A stretch of 34,986 bases of DNA, from positions 1 through 34,986 of the IMG/VR virus record IMGVR_UViG_3300020042_002920; one strand, given 5' to 3'. This document shows, piece after piece, positions 16,926 through 25,396 of the stretch; position 1 is the first letter of the stretch; each line of letters begins with the position of its first letter. The stretch is from a virus. Its lineage: Duplodnaviria > Caudoviricetes. Both the position numbers and the translations under genes were made by a program. Below the pieces are notes generated by a model. The model searched no databases, had not been told where the DNA came from, and saw only the letters and a program-made list of their open reading frames with translations.

Positions 16926-18272
16926 GTGTACAACAGAGACAAAATCATAGCCACGATGCAAGAGATTTACGACGAGTCCAAGACGATTGCGCCTTATGTT
17001 TTGATTGCACAGCCACGTCGTAACTTAGAAGAAACCGCAGCACAGAATTTTGATGGATATGATGGCTTGCACATTGACCTGATGGGCTTCTCCCACGGCT
17101 TTGTGCATATCGGTGGCGAGAAGGTTGACGTTGCACGTAACTACTTGATTGAGCAAGCGCTGACCTCTGGTGCTAAGTACATGCTGTTCATTGGCGAAGA
17201 CACCGTCCTGCCTTACGATGGCTTTAAGGTCTTGCATGAAACAGCAGAGAAGAACCCTGACGCAGTGGTCACTGGTGTGTACTACATCAAATGCTCAGAC
17301 GCAATGATCATGGTACGCAATCAGGATTGGATCACTATCCCTAACGTCGATCCGGGCCAGTTAATTGAGGCTTGGCAGACAGGCATGGATGTGATGATGA
17401 TTCCTATTTCATTGCTGAAGAAGATGAAAGAAGAAGCACCTGACCTGCCGTTTACCTGCATTGGCAACAACATCAACGATGAGATTCCTTTCATTGGGGA
17501 AGACAATTTCTTTGTTCACCGTCTGCACAAGCGCGGCACAAAGCTCCTAGTTAACACCGACGTTCAATGCCTGCACATGGACTTGGCAAGCGGTATGTAC
17601 ACAGCACACCCCTCCGTAGACCTGAAGAACTATTACACAAACATCAAGCCAACCCGTCCCTTGACGCTGGATGACAAAGAGTTCATTGACCGTCGCTGGG
17701 CTGATCGTCTGCCTGAAGGCACTGGTAGCTATAAGTCTGTCATTGCCAAGCTGCTAGAAGAGGGCCAGCCCATCAAGTTCAACATGGGTTGTGGGCGTGA
17801 TCGTATTGACGGCTACCTCGGTGTTGATATGCACAGCGATACCGCAGACATCAAGCAAGACATTATGAAGTTAGATCTGCCAGAGCAGTGCGCCGACGAG
17901 ATATTTGCCAGCCATGTGATTGAGCATATCCCCCAGCATCGCGCACCTAAAGTTTTAGAGAAGTGGCTGGCTACGCTGAAGGATGGCGGTATGCTGGTGA
18001 TGGAAACGCCTGACCTTGCTGGGCTGTGCAAAGACTATTTAGAGCAAGACGGCGCAGATCAGCACATGACTGCGATGTGTATTTATGGCGCTCACGTAGA
18101 TCGCATCACTCCTGAGACACAGGAAAAGGGTGCTTTGTCTCCACATCTGTGGGGCTACACACCTAAGTCGTTAGCGGATTTGTGTATATCGGTTGGCTTT
18201 AAAGACATCAAGATTTTGCCAGTAGAGGGGCAACATCCGGGTAAAAACTTTAGATTGGAGGCAGTTAAATGA
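16926..18272 (+). CDS. GT-A-fold glycosyltransferase-like / class I SAM methyltransferase fusion
   Basis: N-half: VDVARN, YMLFIGEDTVLP, GEDNFF, QCLH. C-half: FNMGCG...GYLGVD, DEIFASHVIEH, LKDGG.LVMETPD. GTG start with AAGGAG. Confidence 0.8.
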   Translation: MYNRDKIIATMQEIYDESKTIAPYVLIAQPRRNLEETAAQNFDGYDGLHIDLMGFSHGFVHIGGEKVDVARNYLIEQALTSGAKYMLFIGEDTVLPYDGFKVLHETAEKNPDAVVTGVYYIKCSDAMIMVRNQDWITIPNVDPGQLIEAWQTGMDVMMIPISLLKKMKEEAPDLPFTCIGNNINDEIPFIGEDNFFVHRLHKRGTKLLVNTDVQCLHMDLASGMYTAHPSVDLKNYYTNIKPTRPLTLDDKEFIDRRWADRLPEGTGSYKSVIAKLLEEGQPIKFNMGCGRDRIDGYLGVDMHSDTADIKQDIMKLDLPEQCADEIFASHVIEHIPQHRAPKVLEKWLATLKDGGMLVMETPDLAGLCKDYLEQDGADQHMTAMCIYGAHVDRITPETQEKGALSPHLWGYTPKSLADLCISVGFKDIKILPVEGQHPGKNFRLEAVK

Positions 18273-18691
18273 TTTCCTTAGAAGGTTTACAGTCTGGCGT
18301 GGCGGGTGAAGACCGCGCCATCGCTATTTTGAAGGTTGAACACAACGGTCAGACCTATGACTGGATGACGTTTGTCCCGCCTAACACTGATCTGGCTACT
18401 TACATTGTGGATTCAGAGACCCGTGTTAAGGCTGAGATTGATGCCAAAGAAGCTGCTTGGGCTGCTCTAACACCCAAGACACGCGAGATTGAAGGTATCA
18501 ACGGTACGGAAACTGTCGCTATTGATAAGTCTGAGATTGTTCGTGCCGACAACCCTGATTACTACGCAAGCCGTCGGGCTGAGTATCCTACGCTTGCAGA
18601 CCAGCTGGATGCAATGTGGAAGGGTGGAGATGCTATGACGGCAATGTCTGCAAAGATTACTGCGGTTAAGCAGAAGTATCCCAAACCATGA
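18269..18691 (+). CDS. Tail-fibre-associated protein (assembly/chaperone-like)
   Basis: C-terminal YYASRRAEYPTLADQLDAMW...VKQKYPKP motif, common next to fibre genes. Confidence 0.6.
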   Translation: MISLEGLQSGVAGEDRAIAILKVEHNGQTYDWMTFVPPNTDLATYIVDSETRVKAEIDAKEAAWAALTPKTREIEGINGTETVAIDKSEIVRADNPDYYASRRAEYPTLADQLDAMWKGGDAMTAMSAKITAVKQKYPKP

Positions 18692-18954
18692 ACTTAGCAA
18701 GAGAACATCTTGGAAAGATTATCAGGCTTGATGTTCTGACGATTGTGACGTTGCCTGACAACGTGTTTAGACAGGGCGAAATCCTTGTGCTGTTCAACAA
18801 CACGGACAAGTTCACAACACTGGAGTCCAAGGTAGCAAACAACTACAGATCGGCTATAGGCATTAACAAGAATTTCTTTGAGATTCCTCCACGGGCGCTG
18901 ATCAACATTGTGTTTGTTGCCGACGATACCGCAATTTTAACTGTGGGGCTGTGA
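18688..18954 (+). CDS. Stand-alone paralog of the C-terminal domain of 11526-11996
   Basis: Aligns by eye: T.PD..F..G....LFNNT and R.L.N..F are shared. Confidence 0.65.
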   Translation: MNLAREHLGKIIRLDVLTIVTLPDNVFRQGEILVLFNNTDKFTTLESKVANNYRSAIGINKNFFEIPPRALINIVFVADDTAILTVGL

Positions 18955-18955
18955 T

Positions 18956-19069
18956 ATGAGTGGAATACTTTTAGCATTTGTTGGCGCTTCGTTTGGCGGC
19001 GGTGGCGTATTAGTTGTAGATGGCACGTTTTCGGGAGCGCCAATGGCAGTAGTTGCCTTTGGTGGGTGA
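18956..19069 (+). CDS. 37-aa hydrophobic Gly-rich peptide (MSGILLAFVG...VVAFGG)
   Basis: ATG 2 nt after the upstream TGA, GGGG upstream, fills the gap. Below the ORF-track size cutoff. Confidence 0.5.
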   Translation: MSGILLAFVGASFGGGGVLVVDGTFSGAPMAVVAFGG

Positions 19070-19107
19070 ATTAAATGGCTGATGTAAAAAACCTCTTGGA
19101 GCTGTAA

Positions 19108-19773
19108 ATTGACCCGCTCAGCATCCTATTTGCCGCTAACGCTTGTGTTGCCGCAATTAAACAAGGATGCAAACTCTACAAAGACGCAAAAACGTCTTTC
19201 ATGGAAATCAAGTCAGCCGTCAATGACGTTGTTGGTGTCGCAAACGAAGTCCGTGGGTTCTGGTCTAAGCTCTTTGGAACAAAACAAGACACGCCAAAGC
19301 CTGTGGCGAAAAAGAAGGAAACCTATGTAGCCGTTGACGAAACCCAAGTCATGGCAGACATTGTTACTCAGTTGTCTCAATTCTTCAAGCTGCAAGAACA
19401 GCTTGCTGACCACATAAGGGAAGAGGAAGAGAAGAGCAAAACTGTCTACGACCCTGACGCTAACCTGATGGAAGCCGCCCTAAAGCGGGTAATGGCTCAA
19501 GACCAAATGGCGCTGTTGGAGGTTGAGATAAGAGAAGCGATGGTATACGGCGCTCCTAAAGAGATGGGGGCCTTGTACTCCAAAGTGTTTGATATGCGAG
19601 ATGTCATCAAGGTAGAGCAAGACAGGGCAAGGAAGAAACGGGATGATGAGTCATGGCAACGCAAGGAGCAAGAAAGGCTGCTAAAAGAAAGGCAGGCGTA
19701 TCTACTAGCGACTATCCTATTCCTCCTATATATGTGGTTGCTCCTCGGCCTCTTGTACAGGATTGGGAGATAG
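19108..19773 (+). CDS. Coiled-coil protein with C-terminal TM helix; probable ATT start
   Basis: Frame is open from ATT 19108 (IDPLSILFAANAC...). GGAG at 19098-19101. First ATG is at 19201 and has no RBS. Confidence 0.65.
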   Translation: MDPLSILFAANACVAAIKQGCKLYKDAKTSFMEIKSAVNDVVGVANEVRGFWSKLFGTKQDTPKPVAKKKETYVAVDETQVMADIVTQLSQFFKLQEQLADHIREEEEKSKTVYDPDANLMEAALKRVMAQDQMALLEVEIREAMVYGAPKEMGALYSKVFDMRDVIKVEQDRARKKRDDESWQRKEQERLLKERQAYLLATILFLLYMWLLLGLLYRIGR

Positions 19774-19775
19774 TT

Positions 19776-19958
19776 GTGGGATGGATTGCCGCTTGCGTGC
19801 TTGTAGTAATGCTGCTTCCGCTGCTTGGAATGTTGTACTTGGATGTCCTTGAGGCCAAGCATGATGCCAAGGTGCAGATTGAAAAGATGGAAAAACTGCG
19901 TAGAGAACTTGAAAAGGAAAGAAGAGATGATTCCCATAGTCGCATCCCTCCTAGGTAG
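19776..19958 (+). CDS. Small N-terminal TM plus coiled-coil protein (possible spanin-like)
   Basis: GTG 19776 after GGGAG. Hydrophobic helix followed by a charged helix. Lies in the lysis cluster. Confidence 0.5.
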   Translation: MGWIAACVLVVMLLPLLGMLYLDVLEAKHDAKVQIEKMEKLRRELEKERRDDSHSRIPPR

Positions 19959-20439
19959 CCTAGCTCAAAACGGGCTTACCCTGCTATCTAGCGCAATCCA
20001 AGCCAAAGGCAAAGAGGTGGTTGAAAAAACTTTGGGTGTAAAAATACCCGACAACCCAACCGCAGAAGATGTCAGCAACTTGCGCCAGTTGCAGTTTGAG
20101 CATGAAGAACGCTTACTTGAGCTAGGTATTGAGAAGGCCAAGATGGAGTTGGCTGAACTTGAGCTGTTTGCCAAAGCCGCGCAGAACGAAGACGACAACG
20201 TCACAGACCGCTGGCAATCGGACATGAACAGCGATTCTTGGTTGTCCAAGAACATCCGTCCCATGAGCCTAATTGCCATTTTCTTTGGCTATTTTCTGTT
20301 TGCCATGATGAGTGCCTTTGGTTTAAACGCCAACGAGTCCTATGTCCAATTGCTTGGGCAGTGGGGTATGTTGATAATGGGTGCTTACTTTGGTGGCAGA
20401 ACTATTGAGAAACTGGCTGAAATGAAAGGTAAGAAATGA
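19927..20439 (+). CDS. Holin (3TM gene-transfer-agent type)
   Basis: DMNSDSWLSKNIRP and AYFGGRTIEK motifs with TM helices. ATG 19927 preferred over 19825. Confidence 0.8.
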   Translation: MIPIVASLLGSLAQNGLTLLSSAIQAKGKEVVEKTLGVKIPDNPTAEDVSNLRQLQFEHEERLLELGIEKAKMELAELELFAKAAQNEDDNVTDRWQSDMNSDSWLSKNIRPMSLIAIFFGYFLFAMMSAFGLNANESYVQLLGQWGMLIMGAYFGGRTIEKLAEMKGKK

Positions 20440-20660
20440 AAGCAAAACTAACTTTTCTTGTGACTTTGATGGTCAGTTTCACACTATGCATTGTTGTTGT
20501 TGGCATGGTTGGCGTCTTGATGGCTGGCTTGTTTGACCCTCTTGTTGATAACGCCGAGATCTTCAAACTGATTAGCCCAGCGTTTCAAACCATTGTTGGT
20601 GGCTTTATTGGCTTACTTGCTGGCGTGAAGCTGTCGCATGGCGAAACGGAGGAGAAATGA
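20436..20660 (+). CDS. Two-TM membrane protein (holin/antiholin-like)
   Basis: Two hydrophobic helices; coupled to both the holin and the endolysin genes. Confidence 0.6.
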   Translation: MKAKLTFLVTLMVSFTLCIVVVGMVGVLMAGLFDPLVDNAEIFKLISPAFQTIVGGFIGLLAGVKLSHGETEEK

Positions 20661-20998
20661 GTTTAAGCACCGAACAAGCTGCATTTTTGTTGGACATGTG
20701 CAAGCTAATCCAATATGCCACCGACCAAGGATTCGTGGTGACCGGCGGGGAACTGGCGCGTACGCCCGAACAGCAAGCCATTTACTTCAAGACCGGGCGA
20801 TCTAAGACCATGAATTCCATCCATTTAAAACGTTGTGCCATAGACTTGAACTTTTTTAAGGACGGAAAGATCATTTGGGACAAGGCAATCCTTGCTCCTC
20901 TTGGGGCATATTGGGAAACATTACATCCAAAGAACCGTTGGGGCGGCAACTTTAAGTCATTAGTAGACTGCCCTCACTTTGAGCGTAATGTTGGTTAA
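20657..20998 (+). CDS. Endolysin, peptidase M15 family (L-Ala-D-Glu type)
   Basis: RTPEQQ, SIHLKRCAID, WGGNF, DCPHFE Zn-peptidase motifs. Confidence 0.88.
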   Translation: MSLSTEQAAFLLDMCKLIQYATDQGFVVTGGELARTPEQQAIYFKTGRSKTMNSIHLKRCAIDLNFFKDGKIIWDKAILAPLGAYWETLHPKNRWGGNFKSLVDCPHFERNVG

Positions 20999-21002
20999 AG
21001 GT

Positions 21003-21057
21003 TATAATTCATCAAACTGCGCATGCTGAATCAGCGGCTAATACCCATGGAGTATTT
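21003..21057 (+). promoter_or_regulatory. TATAAT, GCTG-N3-CAGC element and RBS hairpin (copy 2)
   Basis: TATAAT 21003-21008. Core 21016-21039. Stem AATAC/GTATT 21040-21056 covers GGAG. Confidence 0.6.
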
Positions 21058-21690
21058 ATGAGCTATAGCATGACTTACGACAGTCTGCTGGTGGACGTGC
21101 GACGCTACCTTGAGCGTGGTTTCACACAAGAGAGCGACCAAATCGTTTACGACCAGCTTCCTCGCCTAGTTACACTAGGTGAGCGTCGCATTGCCCGAGA
21201 GCTTAAAATTCAAGGGTTTATTAGGGCTGTAAGTACCCCTTTATCCATTGGCGTGGCTGTTTACCTTAAGCCTGACAGATGGCGCGACACTATTAGTATG
21301 ACTGTCACAGGGTCGCCTATTTTTGCCAGGGCTTACGAATATTGCCGCAGCTATTGGCCTAATGAATCCCAGACTGCAGCGCCTCAATTCTATGCAGACT
21401 ATGACTATCAGCATTGGCTGATAACGCCAACGCCTTCTACAGTACAAACTCTTGAGATTTTGTACTACGAACAACCAGCCCTTTTGGGCGATGACTTACA
21501 AACCAACTATCTTACTGAATACGCCCCTGACGTGTTGCTGTACGCAACTTTACTTGAGGCTGCTCCATTCCTTAAAAAAGACGAGCGTATTCAGACGTGG
21601 CAAGGAATGTACGACCGTGCTGCTCAGGCTCTCAATGGAGAAGACCTCAAGCGCATCATGGACCGCTCAGCAAATAGGAGTGAAGCGTAA
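21058..21690 (+). CDS. Tail adaptor protein
   Basis: MTYDSL, ERRIAREL, PTP...YY, NYLTEYAPDVLLYATLLEA.PFLK motifs of podovirus adaptors. Confidence 0.7.
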   Translation: MSYSMTYDSLLVDVRRYLERGFTQESDQIVYDQLPRLVTLGERRIARELKIQGFIRAVSTPLSIGVAVYLKPDRWRDTISMTVTGSPIFARAYEYCRSYWPNESQTAAPQFYADYDYQHWLITPTPSTVQTLEILYYEQPALLGDDLQTNYLTEYAPDVLLYATLLEAAPFLKKDERIQTWQGMYDRAAQALNGEDLKRIMDRSANRSEA

Positions 21691-22895
21691 TGCCTATCTA
21701 TACAGACGTCTTTGGTGGCGCAAACATTTATCCAAGCGAGATTAGCTATAGCGCTATCACGCTAACAACCGTGGATGTGACGCTAAGTTGGCCTGAGGAA
21801 ACTAGTACTAATACCAATCTTGCAACACGCATTATTGATGTAACAGCTACTAATTCAGGTAGGTCAATCTTTTTGCCAGATGCGCAAAAAAGTGGCGTTG
21901 GCAACACAATCTTGTTCAATAACCAAGGCGCTCAAACTTTTATAGTTAAAAACGCCGGTGGTACGCAAATTGTTTCAATTCCTACTGGAACTGTTTGGCA
22001 AGTTTATTTGACAGACAACACTACTACAAACGGTTTGTGGGAGTCGCTCCAATTTGGATCTACTGTCTCTTCTGCTAATGCGTCAGCTCTTGCAGGTACA
22101 GGCATTGTGGCTGTGGGCACACTATTGTCTCAGTCTGTACCTATTACTCAGTTCAATTCAAACTACACGGCAGGCGATACGGATAGAGCCAAGATGTATT
22201 TGTGGACTGGGTCAGGGGCTGGAGTGTTGACTTTGCCAAGCGCCGCTGTTGTAGGCAATAACTGGTTTATGTATTTGCGCAACTCAGGCGGCGGTCAAGT
22301 CACACTTACTCCATCCGGCATCAACACAATTGATGGTTTGGCAACAAAAGCTTACCAACCAACTGAGTCGTCTGTGATCATCAGTGATGGCACAGACTTT
22401 TACACACTAGGGTTTGGTCAGGCTTCAACATTTGTTTTTGACTACACCTCAATTGCTGTTGCAGGGACTGGTAACTACACACTAACTGGTTCTGAATTAA
22501 ATCGTATTGCGTACAACTTTACCGGCGTTTTAACTGGAAACCGAACCATCATTGTTCCTGCCACGGTTCAGCAGTATTGGGTGAGCAATGCCACCACAGG
22601 AGCTTTTACGCTGACTGTTAAGACTTCAGCAGGAACAGGAGTAACTATTACTCAAGGGGCTAGAGGGATATTTTATTGTGATGGCACTAATGTTGTTGAT
22701 GCAGATACATCCACAGTCTCTACTCCAATATCTGTTGCCGATGGCGGTACTGGTGCTACAACTGCAGCAGGAGCGCGCATTAATTTAGGTGCTACTGCTG
22801 TTGGCGATGCTATCTTTATTGCTGCAACACAACAAGCAGCTTGGACCGCTTTAGGCGTTGCGCCTTCTGGTGTGGTTAATGGCGGTACCTACTAA
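21690..22895 (+). CDS. Tail structural/fibre-like protein
   Basis: Repeated beta modules (LTLP...N....T.T), FTGVLTGNRTIIVP, DGGTGATTAAGARINLG. Ends VNGGTY. Confidence 0.7.
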   Translation: MPIYTDVFGGANIYPSEISYSAITLTTVDVTLSWPEETSTNTNLATRIIDVTATNSGRSIFLPDAQKSGVGNTILFNNQGAQTFIVKNAGGTQIVSIPTGTVWQVYLTDNTTTNGLWESLQFGSTVSSANASALAGTGIVAVGTLLSQSVPITQFNSNYTAGDTDRAKMYLWTGSGAGVLTLPSAAVVGNNWFMYLRNSGGGQVTLTPSGINTIDGLATKAYQPTESSVIISDGTDFYTLGFGQASTFVFDYTSIAVAGTGNYTLTGSELNRIAYNFTGVLTGNRTIIVPATVQQYWVSNATTGAFTLTVKTSAGTGVTITQGARGIFYCDGTNVVDADTSTVSTPISVADGGTGATTAAGARINLGATAVGDAIFIAATQQAAWTALGVAPSGVVNGGTY

Positions 22896-24730
22896 TGCCA
22901 GAATCAACAATAGTCTTAAAGTCTCTTGCCGGTATCAAGCGCGATGGTACTAAGTACGATGGTGACTTTTACGTTGATGGCCAGTGGGTTAGGTTTCAGC
23001 GGGGACTTCCTAGAAAAATTGCGGGTTACCGCTCAATTAATAAATATCTGACTGAAATCTCTCGTGGGTTTAATAGCTTTACTCAACAAAGTTTGCAGTA
23101 TTGCCACTCTGCAGGTGCGTCTACTGTTGAGCGTTTTACGATTGACGCAACTAAAAATAGCTCTGTCATCAGCTCTAGAACGCCTGTGGCTGTAGCAGCA
23201 ACAGGAACTGTCACCTTAACGGGCGGAGGAGCTGGATCTGTCAATAGCGTCACAGTCAATGGCGTGACAATTACATCAGGCGCTGTTGCGTTTACAACTG
23301 ACTTGCCTACGACTGCAACTGCTGTTGCGGCAAACATCACAGCTTTTACGTCTACACCAAACTACTCTGCTGTTGCGGTTGGTGCTGTGATCACTATTAC
23401 GGCTGCAACTGCTGGTCAACCTACAAATGGGTTTGTTGTTGTGGCTAACACAACAATCATCACAACGACTGTGACCAATATGGCAGGCGGCCTAAACGCA
23501 CTAGTCACTTCTGCTTACAACCAGTGGATGTTCCAAACGGCTTATGACGCATCAACGACTGACAACTCAATCATTGCGCACGTAGCCCCTAACTTGCAAT
23601 GCGTATGCAACGACGAAGGGGGTCAGATTTTTTATGGCGATGTTTTAGGAACTGATGCGTTAAAAGAGATTCCATTGCCTGCAGGTGCTAACGCCACCGG
23701 CGGCATTGTGATGCTGTTCCCTTACTTGTTTTATTACGGCACTGCTGGAATTGTGGGCTGGTCTATACCAGGCACATTTACTGATTTAAGCGGTTCAGGT
23801 TCAGGCATTGCTAGGGTTTGGGGTCAAAAAATTGTCAAGGGTATGCCATTGCGTGCAGGCTCAGGGTCAGCACCTGCAGGTATATTTTGGGCCTATGACG
23901 CTGTGATTCGTGCCACTTTTACAGGCGGTGCAACAGTATTCCAATTTGATGTGATTGCTACAGACACGTCTATCATGTCTCCTGACTGCGTCATAGACTA
24001 TGACGGTGTGTTTTTCTGGTGCGGTGTTGACCGGTTCTTAATGTTCAACGGCGTTGTGCGTGAAGTACCTAACCAGCTCAACTTAAACTACTTCTTTGAC
24101 AACATTAACGAAAGTCAAAGAGCAAAAGTCTTTGCATTTAAAGTTCCGCACTTTGGCGAAATCTGGTGGTGCTACCCAAGAGATGATGCCACAGAATGCA
24201 CTCATGCCATCATTTATAATGTGCGTGAAAATACTTGGTATGACACGGCGCTTCCTGAGTCTGGACGCGCTTCTGGTGGGTATAACAATGGCTTTGCAGC
24301 GCCTTTGTTGACAGACTGTATTACTACGACAAGTGGTTACCGCGTGTGGATTCATGAGCAAGGTGTTGATGAGATTGAAGGTCAGTTTGCGTATCCCATA
24401 GAGTCTTATTTTGAAACAGCAGACTTGTCCACATTGCCACAAGGCAAAAACGAGTATTTAAGAATCACTGAGATTGAACCTGACTTTGTACAAAATGGGC
24501 CAATGACCGTACAGGTCACAGGCCGAGCTAATGCAAGAGCGCCTGAAGTTTACAGCAGTATTTTTTCATTCCCTGAATCTGCAACTGAGCCATACCAACA
24601 AATTGTTATGCTTAAAGAGCAGCGTCGAGAGTTGCGTTTGCGCTTTGAGTCAAATGCCGTGGGTGGTGATTATCAAATGGGACAGATTATTGGTCACGTT
24701 GATTCTGGCGATAAGACGGTGCTTGGATGA
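22895..24730 (+). CDS. Tail nozzle/stabilisation protein
   Basis: GIKRDGT, WVRFQRGLPRKI.G, F.EIWW.YP, YNVRENTWY, IEPDF motifs; size and position fit. Confidence 0.7.
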   Translation: MPESTIVLKSLAGIKRDGTKYDGDFYVDGQWVRFQRGLPRKIAGYRSINKYLTEISRGFNSFTQQSLQYCHSAGASTVERFTIDATKNSSVISSRTPVAVAATGTVTLTGGGAGSVNSVTVNGVTITSGAVAFTTDLPTTATAVAANITAFTSTPNYSAVAVGAVITITAATAGQPTNGFVVVANTTIITTTVTNMAGGLNALVTSAYNQWMFQTAYDASTTDNSIIAHVAPNLQCVCNDEGGQIFYGDVLGTDALKEIPLPAGANATGGIVMLFPYLFYYGTAGIVGWSIPGTFTDLSGSGSGIARVWGQKIVKGMPLRAGSGSAPAGIFWAYDAVIRATFTGGATVFQFDVIATDTSIMSPDCVIDYDGVFFWCGVDRFLMFNGVVREVPNQLNLNYFFDNINESQRAKVFAFKVPHFGEIWWCYPRDDATECTHAIIYNVRENTWYDTALPESGRASGGYNNGFAAPLLTDCITTTSGYRVWIHEQGVDEIEGQFAYPIESYFETADLSTLPQGKNEYLRITEIEPDFVQNGPMTVQVTGRANARAPEVYSSIFSFPESATEPYQQIVMLKEQRRELRLRFESNAVGGDYQMGQIIGHVDSGDKTVLG

Positions 24731-24960
24731 GCATACGTATTACTTTGCCAACATACATGGGGTTGCGTGACTGGGCTGACCAGATTGCGCTTGACTTGGA
24801 CAATTATGGATCGTTTGGTCGGTTAGATGATGTTGAAAATTGGCAGAACTGGGCAATGCAGTTTTTGAATAACACGTCGTTAGGTAGAAATTTCCCTTTG
24901 CCTTACGACTTTGATGACTGGCGTGACTGGGCCGAGAGGTTCTGTCAAACGGCTGAGTAA
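24727..24960 (+). CDS. Small Trp-rich tail-module protein
   Basis: Coupled on both sides. Three W(R/Q)(D/N)WA-like repeats. Confidence 0.7.
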   Translation: MSIRITLPTYMGLRDWADQIALDLDNYGSFGRLDDVENWQNWAMQFLNNTSLGRNFPLPYDFDDWRDWAERFCQTAE

Positions 24961-25394
24961 TGCGGTTTATTGGTTTTGAACGTGAAGATGCGGCAGAGGC
25001 TTGGGCGCGTACAAAAATTGAACTTGAAAATGCGCCTGAGTTTTTTAGGGCGATGGCTGCTGTTGATGAGAATAATGAGTTTGTGTGCGTAGTAGTGATG
25101 ACTAATTTCACACCGCGCAACATTGATCTTAGCATTGCCATTGACAGCAAGAAGGTAACGCCGAAAGGCACAATTGAGATGTTTAATGAGGTTTTTGGTT
25201 TTGTGTTTGACAAACTAAAAGCAGCCAGAGTAACCGGCTTGCTAAAAGGTAAAAACAGAAAAGCCAAAAAGCTTAATGAGCATTTTGGGTTTAAGTTAGA
25301 AGGGGTAATGCGCAAAGCGTTTGTTGATGACGATTTGCATATTTACGGATTTCTAGCTGAGGATTATCATTCACACGTCTGGTACAGAGGTTAA
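24960..25394 (+). CDS. GNAT-family acetyltransferase-like protein
   Basis: N.KA.KL.EHFGFKLEGVMR motif. Located between tail and ejection genes as in many podoviruses. Confidence 0.8.
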   Translation: MRFIGFEREDAAEAWARTKIELENAPEFFRAMAAVDENNEFVCVVVMTNFTPRNIDLSIAIDSKKVTPKGTIEMFNEVFGFVFDKLKAARVTGLLKGKNRKAKKLNEHFGFKLEGVMRKAFVDDDLHIYGFLAEDYHSHVWYRG

Positions 25395-25396
25395 AT

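Noticed and set aside
11999-18954. Invertase or shufflon tail-fibre switching
   Set aside because: All genes are on one strand with their own starts; no recombinase or inverted crossover sites were seen.
19108-19146. Lipobox making the 19108 protein a unimolecular spanin
   Set aside because: AANAC does not fit [LVI][ASTVI][GAS]C, and there is no basic n-region or adequate h-region.
24740-25315. 191-aa - strand ORF and the many other antisense or alternate-frame ORFs in the track
   Set aside because: They shadow well-supported + strand genes and lack recognisable motifs.
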